Source: the human T2T-CHM13v2.0 reference genome, Homo sapiens
Assembly (NCBI RefSeq): GCF_009914755.1
Contig: NC_060929.1
Reading direction: 5' to 3' (one strand)
Length of the DNA: 64,000 nt
Shown here: in pieces, positions 48,765 through 61,906 of the stretch
Layout of the letters: each line of letters begins with the position of its first letter
Position numbering within the stretch: position 1 is the first letter of the stretch
Translations under genes and position numbers: made by a program
The notes under the pieces: model-generated
What the model was told of the DNA's origin: nothing
What the model saw: only the letters and a program-made list of their open reading frames with translations
Database searches by the model: none

Positions 48765-50475
48765 CTGGATCCCAAGGGTTCCCTGGAGATAACTCAAGGG
48801 CAATGGGTTGTGGTGGAGGGATGGTGGAACAGTTTTTTTTGAAGGCCCCATGTATCAATTAGAGGAGCTTTACTTCTTTTTTTTCTATTTAGCAATTTTC
48901 TTTTTTAACTTTTAAGTTCAGCGGTACAGTGCAGGATGTGCAGTTTTGTTACCGAGGTAAACGTGTGTCATGAGGGTTTGTTGTACAGATTATTTCATCA
49001 CCCAGGTATTAAGCCTAGTAACCATTAGTTATTTTGCCCAACCGTCTCCCTCCTGCCACCCTCCACTCTCTAATACACCCCAGTATTTTGCTCCTCTCTA
49101 TGTGTCCGTGTGTTGTCATCGTTTAGCTCCCACTTAGAAGTGAGAACATGCAGTATTTGGTTTCCTGTTCCTGCATTAGTTTGCTAAGTAAGGGTAATGG
49201 CCTCCAGCTCCATCCATGTCCCTGCAAAAGACATGATCTTGTTCTTTTTTATGGCTTTATACTATTCCATGGTGTATATGTACCACATTTTCTTTATCCA
49301 GTCTATCACTGATGGGCATTTATGTTGATTACATGTTTTTGATATTGTGAATAATGCTGCAACGAACATATGAGTGCATGTGTCTTTATAATAGAATGAT
49401 TTACATTCCTTGGGGTATATACCCAGTAATAGGACTGCTGAGTCAAATGATATTTCTGTCTTTAGATCTTTGAGGAATCACCACGCTCTTGCACAATGGC
49501 TGAACTAATTTACACTCCCACCAACAGTGTAAAAGGGTTCCTTTTTCTCCACAACCACATCAGCATCTGTTTTTTTTATTGTTTACTAATAACCATTCTG
49601 ACAAGTGTGAGATGGTATCTCATTGTGGTTTTGATTTGCATTTCTCTAATGATCAGTGATGTTGAGCTTTTTTTTCATATGATTGTTGGCTGCATGTATG
49701 TCTTCTTTTGAAAAGTGTCTGTTCATGTCCTTTGCCCACTTTTTAATGGTGTAGTTTTATATTTCTTGTAAATTTAAGTTCCTTCTAGACGCTGGATATT
49801 AGACCTTTGTTAGAGGCATAGTTTGCAAAATTTTTCTCCCATTCTGTAGGTTGTCTGTTTACTCTGTTGATAGTTTCTTTTGCTGTGAAGAGCTCTTTAG
49901 TTTAATTAGATCCCATTTGTTAATTTTTAGTTTTGTTGCAATTGCTTTTGGTGTCTTCATCGTCAAATCTTTGTCCATGTCTGTGTCCTAAATGGTATTG
50001 CCTAGGTTTTCTTCTAAGGTTTTTATAGTTTTGGGTTTTACATTTAAGTCTTTAATTCATCTTGAGTTGACTTTTGTATATGGTGTAAAGAAAGGGTCCA
50101 GTTTCGATTTTCTGCATATGGCTAGCCAGTTCTTCCAGCACCATTTGTTAAATAGGGAATCCTTTCCCCATTGTGTGTCTTTGTCAGGTTTGTCAAAGAT
50201 TTAAAAATTCATATGGAACCAAAAAAGAGCCCAAATAGCCAAGGCAATCCTAGGCAAAAAGAACAAAGCTGGAGGCATCATGCTAACGTACTTCAAACTA
50301 CACTACAGGGTCACAGTAACCAAAACAGCATGGTACTGGTACTGGTAGAAGGACAGACACATGGAACAGAATAGAGAACCCAGGAATAAGATTGCACACC
50401 TACAACGATCACAGCTTTACTTCTGTCTGTTTTTGCATTGATATTCTGAGATATACTTGAAGAAAAATTTCTGAG
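48765..50475. mobile_element. MER102-like hAT MITE remnant split by the L1 at 48878-50412
   Basis: ggatcccaagggttccctggag...ctcaagggg on the left and agctttacttctgtctgttttt...ttgaagaaaaa on the right rejoin into a MER102-like sequence. Confidence 0.5.
48878..50412 (-). mobile_element. L1PA11-13-like LINE, 5'-truncated with 5' inversion (50201-50412)
   Basis: 3'UTR ttgttgtacagattatttcatcacccaggtattaagcctagta; strand switch at 50200/50201; 12-bp TSD agctttacttct (48866-48877 / 50413-50424). Confidence 0.9.
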
Positions 50476-51385
50476 AATTTTATACAATTAGGTATAGATG
50501 ATTATGCTGAGCAGACTCAATCCTAAGAATGATCAAGATACCCCCAAATTATTGTGAGATCAGTCTAACAATTCAGTCTTTGGCGAACCACAGTGACCCA
50601 TTCTTAGTGTCAGTCAGTGAATGAGTCCTGGATGACCTAAATATTTAAAATGGCTTATTGAGTATGTTATGGCTCAGTTTTATTTTTAAAATTCTGGGTT
50701 GGATTAAGGATTAACTTCTGTTAGGCTAAATGTTTTCAGGAGAAATTTAGTTGTCTCTTTTCTGGAGGAATAATAATAAAATCTGAAATAGAGTAATTCT
50801 AATATATCTCAAAGCATAAATACAGAAATTTAACAAGTAAGTTCTAAATAGTTTTATTCTGACTTAGACCATCTCTTCTGCATCCATCATAACACCTACT
50901 ACAAGGCTGGAAAAATAGTAGGTGTTTAACATATACTATTGAATTGAGCTGAATTTTTCAGATTCTAGCATTGAAGAGCTAGATTGAAGAGCACTGAATA
51001 TTTCAGATATAGTAAATACTATGTAAGCAAATAATTCCCACCTTTGTAAATCTGTTTAGAGCACTCCTCATTAAGGGAAGGAGATGGCTGAGCTTGGGGT
51101 ATCCCTCCCTTCTTCCCTTGTCCTCCTCCTTTTTTCTCTTTCTTTCATCACCAAAGAACAGATGTGGTCTTTTCTGAAATTTTTGCTGGGGAGCTAATAA
51201 TTTAAAAATTTTATTCTTTGTATAACCATTGTATCAGTTTTTATAAAAATAATAGAAGTAACATGTTTGCTAAAATAAATATCAAACAATTTTGAAGTAT
51301 TGGTAAAAGCCATCCTTTGTATTCTTTTGAGAAAGTATCTTTCTTTATTTCCCCCCATGTTTATTAAGGAATAACTTACAAATAA

Positions 51386-51769
<384 letters not shown>

Positions 51770-53091
51770 CAAAATACAGAATATTTCTATCACCACAAAA
51801 AGTTCCCTCTGTCCCTTGAAATCATTCCCCCCAAATACCTATCCCCAGACAATCAATGTTTTGTTTTATACCATTACAGTTTTGTCTATTCTAGAGTTTC
51901 ACATACATGGAGTTATATAATCAGGAGTCTCTTATATTTGTCTTATTTCACATAGATAATGTTTTGAGATTCATCTGCACTGTTGCATATATTAATAAGT
52001 CATTTTAAAATTGCAGGGTAATAAACAAATATCCAACATTTATTTATTCATTCACTAGTTGATGGACAATTGAGTATTTTTCAGTTTTTCAGCTATTATG
52101 AATAATGCTTCTGCGAACATTCACATACAGGCCTTTTTGGGGACATATGTTTTCATTTCTCCTGGAAAAAACATTTTGATGTGGGATTGGTGAACTATTT
52201 TCCAAAGTGGATGTACCACTTTGCATTTCCACCAGCAATGTATGAGAGTTGGAATTGCTCCATATCCCTGTTAACACTTGATATTGCCAGTGTTTCTAAT
52301 TTTAGCCATTCTCATGGGTTTCTGCAGTATTTCATTGTGGTTTTAATTTGCATTTCCTTAGTGACTTATCATGTTAATAATCTTTATGTTTTATTGGCCA
52401 CTTGTATACTTCTTTTGATGTATCTGTTCAAAACGTTTTCATATTTTTTATTGAGTTGACTTATTATTGAATTGTTGAGTTCTTTATGTAATTGGAATAC
52501 ACGTCCTTTGTCAGATATATGTTTTGCAAATATTTTTCCAGTTTGTGGTTTGCCTTTTCATTTTCTTAATTATTTCAAAAAGCAAAAGATCTTAATTTTG
52601 CTAAAAGTTCATTTTATAATTCTGAAATTTTAGGTCTTATGTATCATACATGCTTTACGTAGCACGCTGAATTCATGTTTAAATGGTTTAAGAAATCTTC
52701 GTCTAACCAAATATTTTCTCCTAGAAGTTTTATAGCTTTGTGGTTTGTTTTATATTTGTGCTTCATTTTGAGTTGATTTTTGTATTTGGCAAAAGGTATG
52801 AATAAAAGTTCTTTTTTTTTTCGTTGCTTATGGATGGATATCCACTTGTTCCAACATGATTTTTTGATCATTTTGACCCTGCATTGCCTTTGCACCTTTT
52901 TAAAAAATTAATTGACCGTATATGTGTGGCTGTATATCCAGGCCCTCCATCCTACGTAATTGATCTATTTTTCTATCTTGATGCCAATGCCACACTGTCT
53001 TACCATTGTAGCTTTAAAACAAGTCTTGAAGTTAGGCAGTGTAAGTCTCCCAAGCTTGTTGTTCTTTTTCAAAATAATTTTTGCTAGATTC

Positions 53092-53201
53092 TTTTTAAAA
53101 AATTTTTTTATTTGCATAGGTTATTGGGGAACAGGTAGTGTTTGGTTACATGATTAAGTTCTTTAGTGGTGATTTGTGAGATTTTGGTGCATCCATCACC
53201 C
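53092..53201 (-). mobile_element. L1PB-type extreme 3' fragment (~110 bp)
   Basis: cataggttattggggaacaggtagtgtttggttacatgattaagttctttagtggtgatttgtgagattttggtgcatccatcacc. Confidence 0.8.
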
Positions 53202-53339
53202 TTAACATCACCTTGTCAATTTCCACACAAAAGACTGCTCAGACTTTGATTGAGATTATATTTAAATATCTATAAATATTGAGGAGAAGTGAAATTTTAA
53301 TTTGATTCTTCTTATCCACAAAACAGTATATCTCATCAT

Positions 53340-53702
53340 TTCTACCAGAGGTACAAGGAGGAGCTGGTACCATTCCTTCTGAAACTATTTCAATCAATAG
53401 AAAAAGAGGGAATGCTCCCTAACTCATTTTATGAGATCAGCATCATCCTGATACCAAAGCCTGGCAGAGACACAACAAAAAAAGAGAATTTTAGACCAAT
53501 ATCCCTGATGAACATCAATGCAAAAATCCTCAATAAAATACTGGCAAACCGAATCCAGCAGCACCTCAAAAAGCTTATCCACCGTGATCAAGTGGGCTTC
53601 ATCCCCGGGATGCAAGGCTGGTTCAACATACGCAAATCAATAAACATAATCCAGCATATAAACAGAACCAACGACAAAAACCACGTGATTATCTCAATAG
53701 AT
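53340..53702 (+). mobile_element. Internal L1PA ORF2 fragment without 3'UTR or tail
   Basis: Encodes [50 protein letters not shown]...IISID (RT N-terminal region); host L1M resumes immediately at ttatttaggtct. Confidence 0.93.
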
Positions 53703-53780
53703 TTATTTAGGTCTTTCTAAATTTCTCTCGACATTTTTTTAAATGAGCCCAGATGAAAAGAGAAAATTTTCTTAATTTAA

Positions 53781-53906
53781 AATTTTAGTAGAGACAGGGT
53801 CTCACTATTTTGCCAAGGCTGTTCTCAAACTCTTAGCCTCAAGTGATCCACCTGCCTCGGCCTCCCAAAGTGCTGGGATTACAGGCATGAGCCATCATGA
53901 CTTGCC
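53781..53906 (-). mobile_element. FLAM_C / Alu left-arm monomer
   Basis: tagagacagggtctcactattttgccaaggctg...cccaaagtgctgggattacaggcatgagcc. Confidence 0.85.
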
Positions 53907-54559
53907 TAATTTCTTTCAATGTTACTTGTAGTTTTCAGTATACAGGTCCTGCATTCCTTTAGTCAGGTTAATTCCTAAGAGTTTTGTGTTTTTAATGCTC
54001 TTGTAAATATTTTTTTAAACTTTCAATTTCTAATTTAAAGCTAGAACTTCAATTTAAATTTACAGTTTAATTTGAAATTATGTATACAAATGCAGTGTAC
54101 TTTTTTTGTAGCCTGCAACTTTGTTATGAATTAGTAGACCAATTACTCTTTTTGTATATTCCAAAGGATTTTCTACATAAGATCATGCCGTGACTAAAGA
54201 TTGTTTTACATCTTCCCCCCTGAGTTGTATACATTTCATTTCTTTTTCTCTCCTTATTGCATTGGCTAGATCCTCCAGTACAATGCCAACCAGAGTAGAC
54301 ATTCTTGCTTTGTTCCTGCTATGAGAGGGAAAGTATTCAGTTTTTACCATTATGTATATGTTAGCTATAGAATTTTTATATTTTAATAGATGCCATTTTG
54401 TTCTTTGTCTCATTTGTTATTATTTACCTTTTTTCTGCTTTCTGTTGGATTAATTGAATAGTTTTTTATTTTATTTCCTTTTCTAATATATTAATCAACC
54501 AATAAATCTAATCCCTGATGCTGCATTATGGCCAGAAAACCAATGAACTTGCGGAGAAG

Positions 54560-56020
54560 AAAAAAGAAAGACTTGTTCTACCATATATAAGGATGTGCTA
54601 TAAAGCTTTAATACCTTTTATGGCATTGTCAGAAGAGAGGATGAGATCATTTGAGCAAAAAGAGCTACAGAAGAGACCCATATGAAGGGACTTATGAAAG
54701 AAGTTGCACTGTAGAGGGTTACAAAAAGCACAGTCTTTTCAATAGTGATGCAGAGACCAATGAGCATTCCTATGGAAAAAAGGAAATTTAACCCTATATA
54801 ACATCATTCACAAAAATCAAATTTTTAGATCTAACTGTGATAGATAAATTTTAGATCTAACTGTGATCGATAAAACAATAAAGTTTTAGAAATTAATTCC
54901 AAAGAATATTTTCATTGCATTCGAGTAAGAGATTTCTTAAATAGGATGCAAGAAAGTACTAACCTTGAAGGGAAAAATGACTAAATCTGACTACATTAAA
55001 ATTAAAAACTTCTGTTTACCAAGAAAACTATTCAGGGCTGAAAAGGCAAGCCAAAGAGTGGCAGAAAAAAATTTCAATATTTTCATTGCATATAATCAGT
55101 AAATATCATACCAGGATATATAAAGAATGCTAGAAAAACTGATTGAAAAATAGACAAAAGTTTTGAGCAGGTACATCATAAGAGGAAAGAAAAATAGCTA
55201 ATAAATCTATGAAAAGTTATTCAACCCCACTAGTAACCAGATAGATACAAATAGAAACTGCAAGATACATGCAAACCAGACTGACAATAATTTAAAAACC
55301 CCAACAATACCACATTTTAGTAAAGATATAGATCAATGAAAGCTCATATGTAACTAGTGGTAGTACAAATTGGTGCAACCACTTTGGAAAACTCTGAGAT
55401 TTACCTGTTAAAGTTGGAGATGCAGATACATTATAATACAACAGTTCTGCTCCTAAGTATATACCCAGCAGAAATGGGTACATATGTATGCTAGGATGCA
55501 TGGAAAAAAGCCCCAGTCATTATTTATAATAGACCAAGTTCAGAAATAACCCAAATATCACTTAATAGTAAAATGAATACAGAAAATGAATTTAAAAATA
55601 TTGTGGAATTCTCAAGTAATGGAATTTTATAAAGGAAATAAACTGTAGATATAGCCATGGTCTTAGATAGATCTTGAATATAATGTTGAACAAAATATAC
55701 CAGATATAAAATTATACACACTTTTTCATTCCATTTAAATCAATTTTGAAAACAGACAAAAGTAATCTATAATGTTTAGGGATAAGTCCCTAACATTACA
55801 AAGAAAAGCAAGAAATATGTTGGGATAATGGTTATATTTAGAGGGGAGAATGAGATTTGTGTTTATGGATGAGCACCTAGGGGGTAGGTTTCTAGGGCAT
55901 TGACAATGTTTTATTCCTTGATCTGGTTGGTGATAACACTTCTGTTAGTCTTATAATAAATCATTAAGCTATACATTTATGCTTTTTGCATATTTATTGT
56001 CTGTCATTTTTCACAAGGCC
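54560..56020 (+). mobile_element. L1ME-type LINE 3' region
   Basis: Sense ORF2 C-terminal remnant (gactacattaaaattaaaaacttctgt; aaattggtgcaaccactttggaaa) and L1ME 3'UTR (ttttattccttgatctggttggtgataacac); 26-bp tandem duplication at 54823-54874. Confidence 0.75.
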
Positions 56021-56094
56021 AAAAAGTAAAATGAATCACTAAAAACACAATAATAATTATCCCAGCATCTAGCTTATATTACTCCTATGTAAGC

Positions 56095-56220
56095 ACAAAG
56101 ATATAAAATACCTTGTCAAATGTCCTGCTTAAGCACATCTCCCTGATGTTTGGAGTAATCTTGTCAAAAATGAAAATGATATTTGCTAGACATGAATTGT
56201 TTCTAATAAATCTTAGACCC
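56095..56220 (-). mobile_element. CR1/L3 RT fragment
   Basis: Minus strand reads FIRNNSCLANIIFIFDKIT...SRTFDKVFY, matching the CR1 pattern GF.KNKSCQTNLISFFDRVT...FSKAFDKV. Confidence 0.7.
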
Positions 56221-57201
56221 ACGGGAGGCAGTATGTTGTCACATAAAAAATATAAAATGGAACTGACAATACTGCTACATCACTCCTGCCTAGCCCAATG
56301 CCTTGGAAAATCAATTGGCTACCTCCCTCTTCTTTAAAAATGACCTCGAAATCGATGATTACTTAGGCTTTCTATGATTTTAAACTTTTTAGAATTCATT
56401 AATTCTATGAATAAAAAAATTCTCTAAAATATCCTGAATTTCTGTTGTATAAGGCCTCTCTGATATTCAAGTGAATGTTAAAAAGAGGCATCACAAAACA
56501 TGCAATTCCAAATTATATTCAGTGATAATCAGTTAAAAAAAACTAGAACATCTATGGCTAGGGCATCTAAAAGTTTTAACTAGAGCTTGCTGAGCAGTGT
56601 CTATATATATATGGTCCATGCTGTTGTTAAAGGGTGGCTTACAAATCCAGAGTAGGAGAGAAGTAGTCTAAAAGTTATTTTATTTTTGCTTGAGTTCTCA
56701 GCACAATCCATGTTAATTCCAGAAGATAAGTAATAGGCACCGAGCTCTACCCACTTACCTCTCAAGTCCTGATGTGTGGAAATACTATCCAAGTGGGAGC
56801 TGCTTGTTTATTCATTCAAGCTACGAGTGCTTATTTAGTTCCCGTTCTGGGCTGACACTGTGGAGAATGCAAAGATGGAGGGAGTATTATCCCTGCCCTC
56901 AAGTTGCTTACAGTCGACCTGTTACTTTTGAAAAATGTTATATAATTTTGATTAACATGAAACTTCAAAAAATTCTATTGACAGACTGATTTATTAACTT
57001 CTATAACAAGAAAATAATTATCAATGGAAAGTTGATCATTTGAAAATAAAAGGCCAATAATTAGCAAGCCAATCCCATGTTAGAAAGTAATTCCAACAGT
57101 ATCAGAAAATTCTTATACCATGATGTTTTGTTCTAAAAGGTGAAAAAAAATTGAGTATGCAGCATGATCTCAACTATGGAACATGACAAAAGAGAAAATT
57201 A

Positions 57202-57536
57202 CAGTAGTCCCGCTGCATTCATAGATTGACTTTCCATAATTTCAGTTACCTGCAGTCAACCGTGGTCTGACAATACTAGGATACCTTGAGAGAGTGAGAG
57301 AGCACATTGACATAACTTTTATTACAGTATACTATAATTGTTCTATTTTATTATTAGTAATTATATTAATCTGTTACTGTGCTTAACTTATAAATCAAAC
57401 TTTATCACAGCTATCTATGTATAGGAAAAATCATAGCATATATAGGGTTTCAGCACTATCAGCGGTACTATCAGTGATTTCAGCCACCTACTGGGGATCT
57501 TTAAACATATCCCTCACGGATAAGGGGGAGCTACCA
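57202..57536. mobile_element. MER44A (Tigger7-family) MITE
   Basis: ta|cagtagtccc...cacggataagggggagctacca|ta; TIRs and TA target site. Confidence 0.85.
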
Positions 57537-57811
57537 TACACTAAAATGTGAATAGTGGCTATCTTTGGGATATTTATATTTATTTATTTATATCAAGGGT
57601 ATATTTTCTTTAGAATCAGAAAAATATATACATTTATTTAAAAATATATCAAAAAGGTAGTTAGTATAAAAGTTTTCAAAAATAAAGTAAAAGAAACCAA
57701 GTTTGTATTTACTTGGAATTAACCCTGTTTAGCCAGAGCACTGAAGAACAGAGACATGTGGCACCTAGAATTACAAGGTCATACTAGAGTTTGTTTGTAA
57801 AAATCCACAGC

Positions 57812-58272
57812 GGAACCAACCCAAATGTCCAACAATGATAGACTGGATTAAGAAAATGTGGCACATATACACCATGGAATACTACGCAGTCATAAAAAAT
57901 GATGAGTTCATGTCCTTGGTAGGGACATGGATGAAATTGGAAATCATCATTCTCAGTAAACTATCGCAAGAACAAAAAACCAAACACCGCATATTCTCAC
58001 TCATAGGTGGGAATTGAACAATTAGATCACATGGACACAGGAAGGGGAACATCACACTCTGGGGACTGTGGTGGGGTGGGGGGAGGGGGGAGGGATAGCA
58101 TTGGGAGATATACCTAGTGCTGGATGACGAGTTAGTGGGTGCAGCGCACCAGCATGGCACATGTATACATATGTAACTAACCTGCACAATGTGCACATGT
58201 ACCCTAAAACTTAAAGTATAATAAAAAAAAAGAAAAAAAAAGGGGATTCAAAAAAAAAAATAAAAAAAAAAA
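57812..58272 (+). mobile_element. Very young L1 (L1PA2/L1HS-grade) 3' fragment
   Basis: Last ~410 bp of L1 plus A tail; perfect 14-bp TSD taaaaatccacagc (57798-57811 / 58273-58286). Confidence 0.96.
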
Positions 58273-58639
58273 TAAAAATCCACAGCAAAAACACTGGAAG
58301 ATTAGAGAAGATAGAGAGAAAGGAAATTCAACCCCATAATTGGGAAAAGATTTTGCTGAAAACATTTGCCAGTTTTTCTAGTAATAATATTGTTTTGCTT
58401 GATAATCATTTTGTGTCTGCCAATGGCATTGTTCTCTATGTTCTCTAGTGACAGTGAGAGATAAAAGCGAGACAGATATGTGACACGTAGTAACGTGGGG
58501 AAACATTTTCCCTTGCGACAGGAAGAACAGAAAATCTTACCTCCTTGAATCTTGAGAGTCTTTACCCATGCCACTGCAGAGTAACAGAGTTTAAATTTAA
58601 TATAATTTTTTATTTTTATGGGTGTTTTTGTTAGTCTTA

Positions 58640-58860
58640 ATTTATTTTTATATTTGTATTAAAGTTTAATTAAGTATAATGAAAGGCACAGTTCCTAGGT
58701 ATTCAGTTTGAGGAGGTTTGACAGTAATAAGATCTAGAACAACTAAGTTCCCTTGTGCCCCTTTTCCCATCAACTCCCCTGTCCCCTCCTCAATTACTTT
58801 CTGATTTCTGTCACCACAGATTAGTTTTCTCCCCTTTTGGAATTCTTATAAATGGAACCA
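58640..58860 (-). mobile_element. Old L1M 3' end fragment
   Basis: aagttcccttgtgcccctttt...tttctgatttctgtcaccacagattagtttt...tataaatggaacca. Confidence 0.6.
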
Positions 58861-59619
58861 GAGAGCGACACATAGTAACAGAGCTTTGACTACAAAGTCT
58901 AGTTTGAAATTTGTTGAAATTTCCTGGGCTAACCTCCCAAGAATTCTGGGGTATTATCAATCACTTCATGTAAACAGGTAGATATGTCACTACAACAGCA
59001 ACAAAAATGAGTTTAAAGTTGCTCTTTTCCCCTTTTGCTCAATTTTCCTAGATAGGAACGTATAACCTTATAACCTGAAAGGTACCAGTTTCAGGATGAC
59101 TGAAACTGACCATGAAATCAGGGAGACTTGGGCTCTATTCCTGTTAATTCTGATAGCTAGCTTAATAGTCTTGTTCAGGTTGTTTGCTCCGTCTCTGTTC
59201 TCTTTAGTTCTTCTAATCTCTAAAATGAATATGACTCGAGATGGCCACACATAAATAGTGGTGTTAAGGATCTTCTTTCAAGGTTTCCTTGCCTTTAATA
59301 TATATGGAGGTTGTGGTGAGCATGCTCGTTCTAGGCATGCTCCTGCATTGGCCCACACTTTTTCTTGTACTGCCACAGTCTTCTGACTCCTAACAGTCAT
59401 TCCAGACCTCTGTTCCACTCTTTGCTAGTCAACTTACTTCATTTCATAACCAGCTTCTCCAGGATATTGCCATAACCCAGCACCATTTCATGCAAAGTGT
59501 ACACCCAGTCCCCTTCAATTCCTCCAAAGAACAGGTGAGATAAGGCCACAATATTTAGCAGAACGGTTTCAAAGGCTTGGAGATAACAAAAGTATAACAT
59601 CAATTACGTTAGAACAAAA

Positions 59620-59830
59620 ACAGATCCAGATTCTGTGGGGAATAATGTTTATATAATTTGGGGGCTTTCTGTAAGAAAAAGAATACAAACATATCTTACC
59701 TTGCAAATTTAAAAACACATGACCATGTACACACATTGTTAAGCCCCCTCCCAAGATCTTTGAAAGGGGCCTACAAAGTAAAGAATGCTGGAAATTAAAC
59801 TTCATTAGTTTTATGGTGAACCCACCTTCA
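59620..59830. mobile_element. Arthur1/MER69-like hAT-Tip100 MITE
   Basis: gatccagattctgtgggg...tttatataatttggggg...taagaaaaagaatacaaa...aaacttcattagttttatggtgaacccacct; family from recalled consensus. Confidence 0.55.
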
Positions 59831-61425
59831 CTTGTATTTGCTCCCAGAAGTTTCCAGACCCAAACCCTGATTATTTATACAGCTCCTATCAAGCTTCCAT
59901 GAGAAGTGAAGCCAGCTCAGCTCCTAAAAATGGGCATATTCAAGACTCATCACCTCATGCTTCATTTCCTTCCCCAGGATGAATCATGATAGGGACATCT
60001 ATGTTCTTCAAGAAAATGCCAACCCCCATCTTCAAGATGCGTCCTGGCTCACATGCCATAGACACGGATATCACAGTAGTTCACAGTATATATCCCAAAG
60101 TCTGATGTCTGGGTTATTAAGCCCTTACTGACACCATATTTGAGAAATCATTGGTTTAGCCAACACTCCTCACACCTAGGAATAGTACATTTCATAGTAC
60201 ATCATAGATGATGTGAAAGAGAAGGTGAACTTTGTCCATTCCTTTTGACCATCAGTCAATCACCCCTTTCCTATGAGCTAGTGTTGAGGCAAGACCATAG
60301 ACAGTCTCTCCAACAATAAATACGATTTTTCAGCATAAGGAAACTTAAAACAAATTTTAAAAGTTGTCTAAATCTTTGGATTCATGGTCTTGCTAATAGA
60401 CTTGCTTTACATTATGAAACCAAATTCTTAACATTTCAGTCCAAAAAGCTTTCTAAAGAACTGTCTATAATGTACTGCCCTCCATCAGCTCCATAGCGAT
60501 CTCTCCCTGGACAAAAGAAGGCTATATCTGAAGATAAATCCATTTTCTCCTGAAATACACCAGCTGCTTTCAAATGTCCTAAAAGACAATTCTCTAACTG
60601 TAAAAACTCTTAATTACAATCTTCCTAGGGTTCCCTCATACATTGTATAACCACACTCTTCACAAGGTCGTGTGAAGATTACATTAAACAGTATCTGTGA
60701 AAGTGCTTTGCAACATTTAAAGACTACATAGATATAAACCATGTTACTGTTGGAGAATTGTAGCCCAAATTCTGTCAGTTTTTTAACTGATCAAACTATT
60801 GGAAATCCTCTATTACCTCTGTTAGTGGCCTCAGGAAGGGTAAACTAACATTCCCACAAATAATCCCAAATCAAAACTTCAACCGCCCCCTCACTTATTT
60901 TATTCACCTAAAAGCTGGTGAAATAGTCCAAAAGTAAGAGGTAAAGAAGTAAAGTGCACAGGTTTAACCAGAAATCAACAATCGAAACATAGTGGTTTTG
61001 GAAGAGCAATACATTAAATACACCTAGATAACACTTGAAATTGTTTCAACAAAAAAGCAGGGTATAAATAACTCAGAACCCTTAAAAACCATTATTAGTA
61101 TATAATGCCAGCATTAGTCCCAACTCCTATTGTAGCATTATAAAGAAACATCACTCTAGTTACTGTCTGCCCACAGGGTGCACAGCAATTTAAATACATG
61201 CTTCTTGTTGTGTAAGAGGTTTTCTTTAATTTATTACCTAGTTCAAGGTCTCTTAAATCTTAGTCTTTTGTGAACTACATTCACATAATGTAGTATAATC
61301 TGTTAACTTTATTCATGAATTACTTTCCTTTAAGTTGACTCTCTTTTAAGAACTTAAATAGCTAATTTTAGTTTCATTTCAAGCAATAAACCCATGACAT
61401 CTTCAACTTGTTTTCTATTTTTTAA

Positions 61426-61650
61426 TTTTAATTTTATTTTTTAATTTTTTAAAGACAGGGCCTTGTTCTGTCTCCCAGGCTGGAGTACAGTGGTGCGATC
61501 ACGGTTCATTGCAAACCTCTGCCTCACAGGCTCAAGCGACCCTCCCACTTCAGCCTCCTGAGTAGCTGGGAATACAGGGGTATGCCACCAGGCCCTGTTA
61601 ATTTTTGTATTTTTTCGTAGAGATGGGGTTTTGCTGTGTGCCCAGGCTGG
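61426..61650 (-). mobile_element. AluJ SINE, 5'-truncated
   Basis: Right arm plus partial left arm; 11-bp TSD ctattttttaa (61415-61425 / 61651-61661). Confidence 0.9.
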
Positions 61651-61906
61651 CTATTTTTTAAAGATACACATGAAATAAGTGAATAGCTTATCAGGTTTTT
61701 TTAAAAAAAGTTTAACCATCTTAAAAAAATTGATACTATCATAGTTCATGTACCACGATGGAGGCAAAACTGAACCACATAATGTATAAGGAGATAGTAG
61801 TAGACTTTGCCTGTATTAGAACTGTGAGGATAATTGGAAATCATTTAGTACAGCCTCCACTGAAACTGACAAAACAAACAAGGAGAAATTGAAGAATCAA
61901 CAACTC

